This document shows, piece after piece, positions 1-11,600 of a stretch of 64,000 nucleotides of DNA (positions are counted from its first letter, which is position 1; the number at the start of each line of letters is the position of its first letter). Both the position numbers and the translations under genes were made by a program. The notes under the pieces were generated by a model that was not told the DNA's origin, searched no databases, and saw only the letters and a program-made list of their open reading frames with translations. Where the stretch lies: positions 50,521-114,520 of the IMG/VR virus record IMGVR_UViG_3300042862_000163; one strand, 5' to 3'. This stretch comes from a virus. Taxonomy: Duplodnaviria > Caudoviricetes.

Positions 1-2
1 TA

Positions 3-3000
3 AACAATAGATCTTTCAATAATAGAGAAGCAGAAGGTATATATGAAACTATTAGAAGAATTGCTAATCAAACTGTAGAACAATCTAATACAGGACAAGC
101 AATAAGTTTCAATAGACAATTTACTAAGTTTTTACAAAATGTATTGTATTGGAAATCAAAAGCTGATACAGCATCTCCAAACCAAATTGGTATAGATGTT
201 AATACATTGAGTTTAAATCTTGGTAATAAAAGTTTTCCATTAGCTGAAATAGATAATTATAAAAAAGAAATAATTGATCATTTAACAGATACTGAAACAT
301 TCAACAGTATTAATACTAAAACATTAACTGATTTACAATCAGCTCCTTTTGAAGAGTGGTATATAAACCAAGAAGGAAACTTTGTTTCAAGTAAATGGGC
401 AAACTACCAAACATATTTATTATCTAGTACATATCCAAGTGGTAAAGCTAGACCAATAGGTGATACACCTCTTTCCACTTCTATAGCTAAGCCTACAGAA
501 GCAATTCCTTATTCTTTTCAACAAAGATATTCTACAATAACACAACCAGATGATTTTAATGTACAAGTAATTGTTGCTACTGCAAAAAAAGAAGAAAAGA
601 AAGAAGAAGCTCCTGCACCAAAAACATTTGAATTTAAAGCTGGTCCTGTAGAATATACATCACAGGAAGATGCTGATGGTAATTTTATTGTTGAAGTGGA
701 AAGAAATGCAACAACAAAAGCTGTAGCTGCTGATACAAATTCTTTAGATGTAGTAATTAATGCATTAAAGGCTGCTGACAAATTTGATGCTTCTATTCCA
801 AAAGGGCAAGAAGAAACATATGTTACAGATTTTATGGCTATGCAAATAGCTGCTTCATTAAAAGCTGAGAATTTAAAACAACAAGAAGCTCCAGTAGCTG
901 AAGAAGTGGTACAACCAATGGCTCCACCAGAAGTTGTAGCTCAACAAGATATAGAAAAAAGAAAAACAAAAGTTATATCTTCTGAAGTTGTAGAAAAAGG
1001 AAGTAGAAAAGGTCAAACAAGAACTGTGACACAAACTAATTCTATAGAAGAAGTAGAAGGTACGCTTGTAAGTGTAACAGAGTATGAAGCAAAAGTTGGA
1101 GACACTACCGTAACATTAGGAGGGAAAACAATGACTGTTAAAGAATTTAAAGAAGAGTTTCCCTTAGATGAAGATTATGAAGGAATATTTGAAGGTCTGG
1201 ATGATGATGCAAAAATTACAGTAAGAAAAGTAAAAAGAACTCCTACTAATTCAAGATTTGATAGTATTGTAAGTATTATGTCTGCCGAGTTTGGTAAAAT
1301 GGATGTAGGTACTAAAAAAAATGATAATACTTATAATGCAGAACTAGCTGCTTTAGAAGGTGGTGAAGAAACAAATATAGGTAAAGAGATTATAGCTGTT
1401 GCTCCTTTCAATAAAGGAACCATCACTGGTAAAATAGTAAGTGTAATAGAAAACAAAGCTAAAAAAGGATTGTATTCTATTATATTAGATAATGGAGAAA
1501 GAGTTTCAGGAAGTTTTGAAGACAATAAATTTACTTGGATAAAAGAAGAAGAAACTCCTCCTAGTGAATTTCCTAGTGGAGATTTTAGAAGAGTTGGTTT
1601 AAATGATAAAGATAGAATGACTGATGCTGACTTTGAAATATTCAAAGAATGGGCAGCAGAAACGCTTCCTTTGATTCCATGGGAAGATTTAGAACACATG
1701 ATTACAATTAGCCCTAATGAAAAAGCTTGGGGTGTATTTGAAAATGGTGTAGCTAAATTTGTTAAAGGAGGTCTTAGAGGTACTGAGTATCATGAAGTTA
1801 TGGAAGCTGTTTGGAAAGGTTTATTAACATCTGAACAAAGACAAGCTCTTCTTAATGAATTTAAAAATAAAAATGGATTTTTTACAGATAGACAAACAGG
1901 TAAAAAGATTCCTTTTCTTGAAGCTACTGACTTACAAGCTAAAGAAAGAATAATGGATGACTTTTCTGATTTTAGACTTGGTAAAATTCCAGCTAGATCA
2001 TTAGGAGAATTTGTTCGTAGATTATTTAATAAAATATTAAACTTCTTTAAAACTTTTAATAATAAACCTTCTCTAAAACAAGAATTATTTGAAGCTATTA
2101 ATGCAGGTAAGTTTAAAGAAAAAGCATTATCTCCTGAATCAATAACTTCTGCTCCTGAATATAGAACTGTAGAAGACTTAACTGTACAACAAGCCAATAA
2201 CTTTGTACAAGATATATTAGCTAGAGCTTCTGGTATATTATTTAGAGATGGAGAAAAAGGATTATTATTTAATCCTCAAGGAATTACTGGTACAGAAATG
2301 TTTAATAAAGTTGAAGAAATGTATATTAAAGAAGGTAGAAGACAATTACTTTCTGATAATGCATGGGAACAACTTAAAGAAAGAGTTAAAGATAAATTAA
2401 GAATACAAGGAATCAACTTTAACGAGGAAGAAGTTCATAATATAAACAATGATGAAACAAATAAAAATGATTATGTTTCTGATCCATTCACTGTAGAAGG
2501 TAAAAAGAGTGCTACACCAGCTGTTAAGTTTTTATTATCTACACAAATTGAAAGAGAATCTACTAATCAAGAAAGTGCTATTACATTAAATACACCACCT
2601 CCTAGTTATTCTGAAATGAAGGTAAAAGGATTTCCTATTAAAGGATATAAACTTATGGACTATAGTAGAACATTTGCTACATTATTAGATAAACTTTCTA
2701 ATTCATCAAGTGTTTCTAAATTTACAGATAAGTTATTTAACCTAGCCCAGGATGATGCTAACTATGTAGGTGTGTTTCAAAAAATTGGTGGTAAAGATAA
2801 AGTGATTCCATTCAGTGAGTTTAAAGCTAATGACTGGAGATTGTTTATTGATTTCATGCAAACATTTGCTAGACAGAAACCAGATGCATTAATTCAATAC
2901 AAATCTATTGACAGTGTTCACACTGGTGCAGCTAATCTATTTACTGCTAATAAACAAACACAACAGTATTGGATGGAGAATATAAAAACTTTAGCCAAAG

Positions 3001-6000
3001 GAACAGGAACTATTGTTAATTTTAATAACAAGACTTACACAATAGATCAAGAAGCTCTTCAATCAATGCCTTTAAGAAAATCTAAAGACATGGTTGCATT
3101 CTTAAATGCTATCGGTATAGAGTTTGATCTTGATACATATAATAAATTAAAGTCTTATCAGAAAACAGGTAAAAATGGCTTTAATGAACAAGTACAAAGT
3201 ATATATGCATTCTTTGGTAGTAATAATAATTTGATGAGCATATCAGGTAAGACACTTGATATCGATGGACCATTAAGTAGATTAGCTGAATTATATAATA
3301 CAGTTAACAATCCTTCACAAGAAAGTACATACTTTGGTGTGGAGAATCAACGTATTGGTGCATTTTCAGAAAATAATGCTCCATCTATATTTGAAAATGA
3401 ATTTAATGAAGCAGATACATTAACTGAATTAAAACAAACAAGAACTGAACTTAATGATATATTCTCTGCAGGTAGTCAAGTATTGAAAGAGGGTGGTTTG
3501 TTTTATGATAAAGATGGTAAACAAATAAAAGAATTCAAATTATCTTATATACAAGGAGAAGATAATCAAGATACTGATAAAGGAACTTCTACATCTAAAT
3601 TAAAAATTGGAGATAGATATACATTAGAGATTAATCAAAATCTTAATGGTAAATATTATATATTGATGCCTGCTGATGGATCTACAGAATGGATGATGAA
3701 CATAGGTAACAATGTTTCATTTGATTCTATAGCAGCTGGATCATATACAGACATCAATGCTATATTCAAGGGATACTTGATGGATGACATTAATTTAGCT
3801 TTAGATTATAAAACTAGAGAAAAACTATTAAATGTTGGTGATAAAGCAAAAGAGTTACGTTTCTTCAAAGATATATTAGCTGATGAGCAATTAGAAGCAA
3901 TCAATAAAATGATTGAGGATAATGAATCATTAGATGATATTAAAAAATACATAGATACAAACATAGGTGCTATTAATAATTCTGTAAAAGAATTTATTGA
4001 TGGTATGAATGTAGGAACAAAGAATGTATTAGTAGAAAACAAGAAAATTGTAGTAGGAGAAAAAACATCTAAGTATTTAGATTTAGATGGTAACTTTGCT
4101 AAAGCTAATTCATTAAATAAAAATGCATTAACAGAAAAATCTGTTAATGATATAATTAATTTTGCTAATGTAAATTATATTATTGCTAATATAGAATATC
4201 ATAAGATTTTATTTGGTGATCCTTATCAATTTGCTGTTAAGAAAGATGGGTCTTTAGATCAAACTAAACGTATCAAATCTTGGTTATCTCCTAGAAGAAC
4301 TACATTTGATTCTGCTGAGTTTAATACATTCTTAAATAACAATGCAAATGAAACTGATGGTATTAAAGTAGATGAATATGTATATGATGCTAAAACTAAT
4401 ACATGGACTGGAGACTTAGGTGGTCACAAATTTAAATCTCATACTAATACTATAACTATTAAAGATGTTACTACAGCAGGTAGCTTAGCTAATATCAATA
4501 AATTGTTTGGTGATAATAATGAAGCAGATGCTGTATCATGGTTGATGGATACTACTCACAGAGAAGTTAAACTTAAAAATAAACAATGGGATTTAGAAGG
4601 ACCAGAAGAAAAATTCTTTCAATGGCAAATGGCTTTTACAAGAACAAATCTTCCTGGATATAAGTATTCAAACTCTGCATTAGAAGCTCATGATAAAGCT
4701 TTGATGGAAACTGAAATGCCTAAACATAAACTTGAAATATTAAAACCAATTGTTACAGGTAATAAGTTTAATAAAAATAATTTTGATCAAGTGTTAGATA
4801 AGTTCTCTCAAGTACCTGTCTACTACAGTATGGTAAAAGGAACTAACCTTGAGAAACTTTATATACAAATGATGAAACAACAAATAGGATATGCTATTGT
4901 TGAATCAGGTAGAAAGGTGGGTACACAAGAAAAACATAGTCTTTATAATGGAGATGGTTCATTTAATACTGAAGCTTTTTCTGAAGAATCAATTGTACAA
5001 GTTCCATGGAAAGCTTATGGTATACAAGTAGAAACTGCTAGTAGTGATAATAAAACACAAACTAGAGGATCTCAGCTTACTAAGTTAGCTAGTATGGATA
5101 TATTTGATAATGGAGAAGCATCTAGTGTTGAAGCTGAAAAAGAATACAATAGAAATAAAGACATTCTTGATTTAATGCATTCTAATGGTTACAAAGAACT
5201 TCTTATTGATTTAGGTATAGAAGATCTTGGTACTGAGTTTGTAATGAAAGATGGTACATCTATATCAGAAACATTAATGAGAGAAATGTTAAGAAGAGAA
5301 GTATCAGATAATTCAAAAGATACTCTTGAACTTAATGAAGAAAATCAATTCATTATCCCATTTGAAGCATCCCCTTCTTATACACAGATTAGAAGTATTC
5401 TTTATTCTATGATAGATAAAGCTATTGGTTCTCCTAAAATGACTGGAGGAGCGCATGTACAAATGCCTGCAACAATGCTTGAATCTGCTACTAAAGGTAG
5501 AAGTATTGTTATGAAGAATGAGAAAGGAATTTGGGAGAAGATAACAAAAGAGAAGTATGCTACATTAAATGCTGCACAAAAAGCTAATGTTATGCTTACA
5601 GATGATACATTGAAATTTTACACAAGAACTGAAAAATGGTGTGAAGTTTATATGCCTCATTGGTTTAAAGATAAGTTCAAAGGTAAATTTAAAAATGATA
5701 GAGAATTATTAAACTATCTTAATGGTACAACAGAAGGAAAAGCTATTCTTTCTGGTATTGGATTTAGAATTCCTACACAAGCACTATCTTCTGTTGAGGT
5801 GTTTAGAGTGAAAGGGTTTCTTCCACAATACATGGGAGCAACAGTTGTTGTACCATCAGAAATTACTACTAAAGCAGGATCAGATTTTGATATTGATAAA
5901 TTGAACATGTATCTTAAATCTGTATATGTAGATAGTAAAGGTGACATCAAGTTAGTTAAGTATTTAGATTCTGAAGAAGCTACAAAAGAATTTTTTAGTA

Positions 6001-8603
6001 GAATATATGATGAAACTATTTTAAAAGATATACAAAAGATCAAAGACTCTGATGCATTTAGAGAAGAGTTGTATAACTTTCTTGATCCTACAAGAGTTGT
6101 TTCAGAAGTAGGAGCTATAAGACAACAAGTTTTTTATGATCAAAATGAAGCAATCATTAATGAGATTATATCACAAGCAGATGCTGCTGATAAAGATCCT
6201 GTAGATTACATCAATAATCAGATTCAAATGTTAGCTGGTAAAGAAGCCAAGTTAAATGCTAAATTATTAAATGATACATTAAGAAATAGATATGTTAAAG
6301 AGATGTATAAAAATTCTCTTGAGAATGAATACTATGATTCTCTTGAGAAACTTATAACATTACCAGAAAACTTTGATAGACTTATCTCTCCTATTGATGA
6401 TGCAGGATTAAAAAAATTAGCAGGTGAATTAGATACATTAAGACAAACTGATGAGACTAGTATTCCAAATAGAATTCTTAATAGAAACTTTATGACTTCT
6501 TTAAGAAACTCGTTTGTAATGGGTAAAAAATGGGTAGGTATTGTAGCTGTTAATATTACAAACCTTTCATTGAAACAAAAGAGTCAAGTGTACATTGATC
6601 CTAAAAGATTTCAACTTGTATCTTTAGATGATCAAGTGTTATTAGGAGATGGAACCATAGCTTTAAAACATAATACAACTAAAGTTAATGGTGAAGAGTT
6701 TGTATCTTTATCAGGAACTACAGTGAAAGATTCTACAGAATTAATATCTAACAGATTATCTGGATACGCAACTGCTGTAGTGGATGTAGCTAAAGATGAC
6801 TTTATTACTAGAATTATACAATCAGATCTTGTTATAGGTACATTTATGTTCCTTGAGAATATAGGTGCAGGAAGACAGACAGCTTTCTTCTTGAATCAAC
6901 CTATTATATCTGAGTATTTAAAAATTGTAAATGCTAACAATGCATCTAACTTATTTGATAAAAAGAACATCGAATTAGTTAAAGATAAGTTTGGATCAAA
7001 GGTTACATTTATTAAATCTAGCACAATAAATCTTGATAATTTAGAAAGTAATATTTCTGATTATTATTCTGATGTAAAATTTGATGAAACTAGAAATGCA
7101 GAACAGTTAAAGATATTCTCTGAATTCCTTAAGTATGCTAAAATGGCTGAATATAATTTCAGTTTTACACAAGCTACTAATTATGATACAAGTAGATTTG
7201 GATCTGGAGATATGTTTGCTAGAAAAGAATGGCAAACACAAGCAGCTAAGGATGTAAACATAATATCTTCTGTAGAAAATATACTTAATTCTACTTTTAT
7301 AGGTAAACAATCTAAGTTTATGTCTAAATCAATGCAAGCAATGAGTGCTGTATTTAATCTAGAAAGAGATGACTTGAGAATTATTACAGAAAGTATAATG
7401 AAGGTTTATGGTAAGAACAAGTATTTAAGTCAAGAGAATTTTAATAAAATTTCTAATAAAGCTAAAATGGCTTTCTTAGACTATATTATACAGACTAAGA
7501 CAGAATTGAGTGATAGAACATATGCATTACTTATCAATCCAAAGTCATGTGTTGCTGTTAAGTTAGAGAGAGCAAAAATAAGATATCCATTTATTCAAAT
7601 TCTAAAAGAGTTACAAGTTACTCCATCTGATAGAATAGATGGAGCTAAGAGTATTCAACTTAGAGTTAACGATAAATCTGCTGAAAGTGAAAACTTAAAT
7701 CAGGAAATGATGAGAGAGCTTAGAGATTACAATGAAGAAACAAAAGAACTATATAATGATATTGTATCAGTTGCTATCCTTCAAGGAAGTTATCAATCAG
7801 CAATATCTATAAAGAATATTATTCCTATTGAAGATTATTCTGCTATTGTAACTCCTGTTGTAACTTCTATATCTTCAACAGAATCATTAAAAGCATTCAG
7901 TGAAGGATTCTTTGAAAGAAATAATTTTGATGATCAATTGATTATGCCTAGAGTGATTCCTTTCTTTAAAGAGAAAGTAGAACCAGGTGATGATCCATTT
8001 TCAGAATATAGAAGATACACATCTGATTCATTTCCTACATTAGAAGGATTAGGTCTTGATACAATGGACAGACAAGTTATGCTTATTACAGATAAGTACA
8101 ATCAAAAAGCTATGAATAGTAATTATGTAGCTGTAAATAAAGTTACAAAACTTAAAGATGGTACAAGAGTAGATATAACAACAGGTACCACAGTTACTAA
8201 AAAAGACTATGCTGTAAGACTTTCTAAAGGAGATTATTCTCTAAATGATGTAATAGGATATAAAAGAGTTTTGCTTTCATCAGGAGAGCCATTGAGGATA
8301 TTTGATTACAATGGAAACTTGCAATCTGTATACAAAATGGTTAATCTTTATGGAGATGGTGCTAAGGCTTCAGAATATTACACAACATTTAGACCTTCTG
8401 TTATTGAAAATGGTACAATGCCAGTTAAAAGAGAAATAGAGGATAGAGATATTGTTAACTATTATGGTGGTGAAATTGCAAAAGAAACAGTATCTTTACC
8501 AACAGAAGCACCTACACAAATGACTGGACAACCTGAAGGAATATCACAAGAAGAATGGGATGGTTTATCTCAAGAAGAAAAAAATAAAATAAACGAATGT
8601 TAA
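3..8603 (+). CDS. Giant virion-associated RNA polymerase, crAss-like (phi14:2 gp66 type); 5' end lies outside the window
   Basis: Frame is open from nt 3, so the TTG at 144 is not the true start. Catalytic AGSDFDIDK motif at about 5874-5900, preceded by GFRIPTQ. Zincin-like YHEVMEA at about 1788-1808. More than 2800 aa. Confidence 0.9.
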   Translation, partial: NNRSFNNREAEGIYETIRRIANQTVEQSNTGQAISFNRQFTKFLQNVLYWKSKADTASPNQIGIDVNTLSLNLGNKSFPLAEIDNYKKEIIDHLTDTETFNSINTKTLTDLQSAPFEEWYINQEGNFVSSKWANYQTYLLSSTYPSGKARPIGDTPLSTSIAKPTEAIPYSFQQRYSTITQPDDFNVQVIVATAKKEEKKEEAPAPKTFEFKAGPVEYTSQEDADGNFIVEVERNATTKAVAADTNSLDVVINALKAADKFDASIPKGQEETYVTDFMAMQIAASLKAENLKQQEAPVAEEVVQPMAPPEVVAQQDIEKRKTKVISSEVVEKGSRKGQTRTVTQTNSIEEVEGTLVSVTEYEAKVGDTTVTLGGKTMTVKEFKEEFPLDEDYEGIFEGLDDDAKITVRKVKRTPTNSRFDSIVSIMSAEFGKMDVGTKKNDNTYNAELAALEGGEETNIGKEIIAVAPFNKGTITGKIVSVIENKAKKGLYSIILDNGERVSGSFEDNKFTWIKEEETPPSEFPSGDFRRVGLNDKDRMTDADFEIFKEWAAETLPLIPWEDLEHMITISPNEKAWGVFENGVAKFVKGGLRGTEYHEVMEAVWKGLLTSEQRQALLNEFKNKNGFFTDRQTGKKIPFLEATDLQAKERIMDDFSDFRLGKIPARSLGEFVRRLFNKILNFFKTFNNKPSLKQELFEAINAGKFKEKALSPESITSAPEYRTVEDLTVQQANNFVQDILARASGILFRDGEKGLLFNPQGITGTEMFNKVEEMYIKEGRRQLLSDNAWEQLKERVKDKLRIQGINFNEEEVHNINNDETNKNDYVSDPFTVEGKKSATPAVKFLLSTQIERESTNQESAITLNTPPPSYSEMKVKGFPIKGYKLMDYSRTFATLLDKLSNSSSVSKFTDKLFNLAQDDANYVGVFQKIGGKDKVIPFSEFKANDWRLFIDFMQTFARQKPDALIQYKSIDSVHTGAANLFTANKQTQQYWMENIKTLAKGTGTIVNFNNKTYTIDQEALQSMPLRKSKDMVAFLNAIGIEFDLDTYNKLKSYQKTGKNGFNEQVQSIYAFFGSNNNLMSISGKTLDIDGPLSRLAELYNTVNNPSQESTYFGVENQRIGAFSENNAPSIFENEFNEADTLTELKQTRTELNDIFSAGSQVLKEGGLFYDKDGKQIKEFKLSYIQGEDNQDTDKGTSTSKLKIGDRYTLEINQNLNGKYYILMPADGSTEWMMNIGNNVSFDSIAAGSYTDINAIFKGYLMDDINLALDYKTREKLLNVGDKAKELRFFKDILADEQLEAINKMIEDNESLDDIKKYIDTNIGAINNSVKEFIDGMNVGTKNVLVENKKIVVGEKTSKYLDLDGNFAKANSLNKNALTEKSVNDIINFANVNYIIANIEYHKILFGDPYQFAVKKDGSLDQTKRIKSWLSPRRTTFDSAEFNTFLNNNANETDGIKVDEYVYDAKTNTWTGDLGGHKFKSHTNTITIKDVTTAGSLANINKLFGDNNEADAVSWLMDTTHREVKLKNKQWDLEGPEEKFFQWQMAFTRTNLPGYKYSNSALEAHDKALMETEMPKHKLEILKPIVTGNKFNKNNFDQVLDKFSQVPVYYSMVKGTNLEKLYIQMMKQQIGYAIVESGRKVGTQEKHSLYNGDGSFNTEAFSEESIVQVPWKAYGIQVETASSDNKTQTRGSQLTKLASMDIFDNGEASSVEAEKEYNRNKDILDLMHSNGYKELLIDLGIEDLGTEFVMKDGTSISETLMREMLRREVSDNSKDTLELNEENQFIIPFEASPSYTQIRSILYSMIDKAIGSPKMTGGAHVQMPATMLESATKGRSIVMKNEKGIWEKITKEKYATLNAAQKANVMLTDDTLKFYTRTEKWCEVYMPHWFKDKFKGKFKNDRELLNYLNGTTEGKAILSGIGFRIPTQALSSVEVFRVKGFLPQYMGATVVVPSEITTKAGSDFDIDKLNMYLKSVYVDSKGDIKLVKYLDSEEATKEFFSRIYDETILKDIQKIKDSDAFREELYNFLDPTRVVSEVGAIRQQVFYDQNEAIINEIISQADAADKDPVDYINNQIQMLAGKEAKLNAKLLNDTLRNRYVKEMYKNSLENEYYDSLEKLITLPENFDRLISPIDDAGLKKLAGELDTLRQTDETSIPNRILNRNFMTSLRNSFVMGKKWVGIVAVNITNLSLKQKSQVYIDPKRFQLVSLDDQVLLGDGTIALKHNTTKVNGEEFVSLSGTTVKDSTELISNRLSGYATAVVDVAKDDFITRIIQSDLVIGTFMFLENIGAGRQTAFFLNQPIISEYLKIVNANNASNLFDKKNIELVKDKFGSKVTFIKSSTINLDNLESNISDYYSDVKFDETRNAEQLKIFSEFLKYAKMAEYNFSFTQATNYDTSRFGSGDMFARKEWQTQAAKDVNIISSVENILNSTFIGKQSKFMSKSMQAMSAVFNLERDDLRIITESIMKVYGKNKYLSQENFNKISNKAKMAFLDYIIQTKTELSDRTYALLINPKSCVAVKLERAKIRYPFIQILKELQVTPSDRIDGAKSIQLRVNDKSAESENLNQEMMRELRDYNEETKELYNDIVSVAILQGSYQSAISIKNIIPIEDYSAIVTPVVTSISSTESLKAFSEGFFERNNFDDQLIMPRVIPFFKEKVEPGDDPFSEYRRYTSDSFPTLEGLGLDTMDRQVMLITDKYNQKAMNSNYVAVNKVTKLKDGTRVDITTGTTVTKKDYAVRLSKGDYSLNDVIGYKRVLLSSGEPLRIFDYNGNLQSVYKMVNLYGDGAKASEYYTTFRPSVIENGTMPVKREIEDRDIVNYYGGEIAKETVSLPTEAPTQMTGQPEGISQEEWDGLSQEEKNKINEC

Positions 8604-8604
8604 T

Positions 8605-11600
8605 ATGGCACATTGTGTAAATAGAAGTTCTCCAGAATTTATAGCATTAGCTGAACAATCTAATATCAATCCAATAATTCTTGCTGCAAAGGTTTCTTTG
8701 TGGCAGGAAGTTAATGGTTTAGATAATTTTCCTGCATTAGAAAATATAGTAAAATCTACAGAAGAAAAAACTATACCACAAACTGCATCACCACAAACCC
8801 TTGCATTAATAAAAGATTTTATTAAACGTATTGGTGTTGATGCAAAATCAATGCAAAATATTGTAGTGAATGGCGTTAAGCAAGATGCTAATGGTGTGGC
8901 ATTGCTTATGCAAAAACTTATTCAAGTAGTAGAGGGTACAGAAGCACAATCTCTTCCTGAAGAAGCTATGCACTTTGCTGTAGCTATTATTAAACAAACC
9001 AACCCTAAGTTGTATAAAAAATTGATGAGTGAAATAAATAACTATCAATTAAAGAATGAAGTGTTTGAAACTTATGGTAGTGATCCAGGATATCAATTAG
9101 ATGGTAAACCAGATGTTATTAAACTTAAAGAAGAAGCTATTGCTAAAGTGTTAGTTGAAACTATAATTAACAATAATGAAAACAACCCTGAAAAACTAGA
9201 GCTTATAGCTAAATCACAATCATGGTGGAATGATATTATAGATTATTTTAAAAACTTATTCATGAAAAGTGGATTTGATAAACTGTCTATGAATATTATT
9301 TCAGGAAAGAATATAGGAACAGCTGAAGATATTAGAGAAGAGGAAGGTACATTCTTTTTACAAAAATCTAGACAAGAACAATTAGTTAGTAGTATAAAAG
9401 AAATATCTGATAGAATAAGTTTAGATACAGTTAAGAATGATGCTGGTGGAGAAGATTCAAAATATTTTATTGATGGTAAAGAAATCAAATGGAGAGTTAG
9501 TAATATAACTAAAACTTGGTATGATATATTACGTAGAGATAAAGCATTGAATGATTCTGAATTTAAAAAAGCAGTTAACACATTAAAGGCTGACAAAGGA
9601 ACTGCTTTACATAAAGATACGGAACATGCTATGTCTATTCTTACTGATGATAGTGGTAAATTAAGAAGTAGAGAAGAGCTAAATGACATTATAGCTAATG
9701 ATAATCATGTATCATTTGGAGATCCAAACAATAATGATATGTATCATCTCTTGAGAGATAATCTAAGAGCTCGTATGGAATCATTTCCTAAAGATACTAT
9801 ATTCATGTCTGAAGTTACAATATACGATGCTAAAAGAGATTTAGCAGGCACCGTAGATTTTTTAGCTATTACACCTACAGGAAAGATTAATATATTAGAT
9901 TGGAAATTTATTGGACTTGATACAGCTAAGTTTAAAGATATTCCTTGGTACAACGTTGCTTCTTGGAATAGACAAATGAATCAGTATAAAACTATAATTA
10001 AAGATAATTATGGTGTAGAAAATAAAGATTTTGAACAAACAAGAATGATTCCTATCAAAGCTGTTTATTCAGAAGCTAATGCAAAAACAGGAGCACTTCC
10101 TAATTTATTAAATGTAATAATAGGAGATGTTAATGTTAAAAATATTAAAGAAGATTATTTAATACCTGTTCCAGCTCCTGGAGAAAAAGTTATTATAGAA
10201 AACGATGTTGCAGCAAGTAAAAAAATTAATTTATTATTAGATAAATTGAATGATGTGTATGCAAAACTTTCTGAACAAAAAGCATTACCATCTGAAAGAC
10301 TTAATAAATCTGAACAATTAAATGCTTTATATTCTGCAATTAGACAATTGCAAATGAAACAAGACATAGGACCTTTGTTATATCAAGCTAAAGTGTTGAA
10401 TGTGCAGATCCAAGGAATTATAGAAACATACAATACTAAATTCAAAGATGTAGATAGAGAAACTTTAAAAGGTGATGAAGTAGAAGATTTCACAAAAACA
10501 ATGTTAGTAGCAGAAGATGCTTTACAACATTATACAACTTTGGATTTAGATTTAGATTTTCTTTTTGAAGGAAAAACTACTGATGAAGAAAAAGCTTTAA
10601 AAGAAGAATTAAGAGAAACAGCTTATCAATCTAGAAAACTTAAAGAAACATTAGGTGAGTTATTTACAGAATTCACTGTAGATAATATTGGAGGTACAGA
10701 AAAAGGAGAGAAAGTTGTAAAAGATATATTTTCTAAATGGTTAGGAACAACTTCTACTATACAGATTAAAAGTGTTCAAGATTTATTCAAAATGGCTAAT
10801 GCAGCATTTGGACGTGCTGGTATGGATACACAATCAGAAGTTAAGAAATTAACAGAATTAAAAAAATCTTTTCAAGCATGGGCAAGTAACAAAGGTCTTA
10901 CATCTAAAAATATGTTTTCTCTTATTAAGAAAAAAGGAGAGAATGAATTAATAGACCAATATCAAAACGAATTTTACAAAACATTAACTTCTAAGATAGA
11001 AGCAAAAGATTTTGATTGGATAAGAGATAATGTTGATGTAGATGCATATAAAGAATATTTAGAAGAAAAATTAAAGACAGAATATAAAAGGATAGAAGAT
11101 AAATCTAGAGTTGGTTCAGAAGAAGAGAATTATAATGCAGTGACTAGAGAACAATTTGAAGCTAAGAACTTATATGACATATCTACACCTAAATCTGTGG
11201 GATGGTTGCTATATAATGATATTAAGAATTTCCCAGTTGAAACTTGGGAATCTAAAGAATGGAAAGAATTACATGCTAAAGATACCAATGGTAATTATAT
11301 AAATAAACCAGCTTTAGATTTTTATAATTATATTATAGAAAGAAATAATGAATATGCAAAAATAGGATATATACAAGATAAAACAGCTAGAACATTTCTT
11401 CCATGGGTTAGAAAAGGTTTTACAGAAAAACTTATATTTGGTGGAAACATAACAGTAGGAGAACAGTTTTTAAAAAGTATATCAGTTGATCCTGATGAAG
11501 TCGGATTTGGTTCTTTTGATCCAATTTCAGGAAAAATAATAAATAAGATTCCTAGATATCTAGTAAGTAAATTTGAAGAAGAGGCATCAGAAGATTTATT

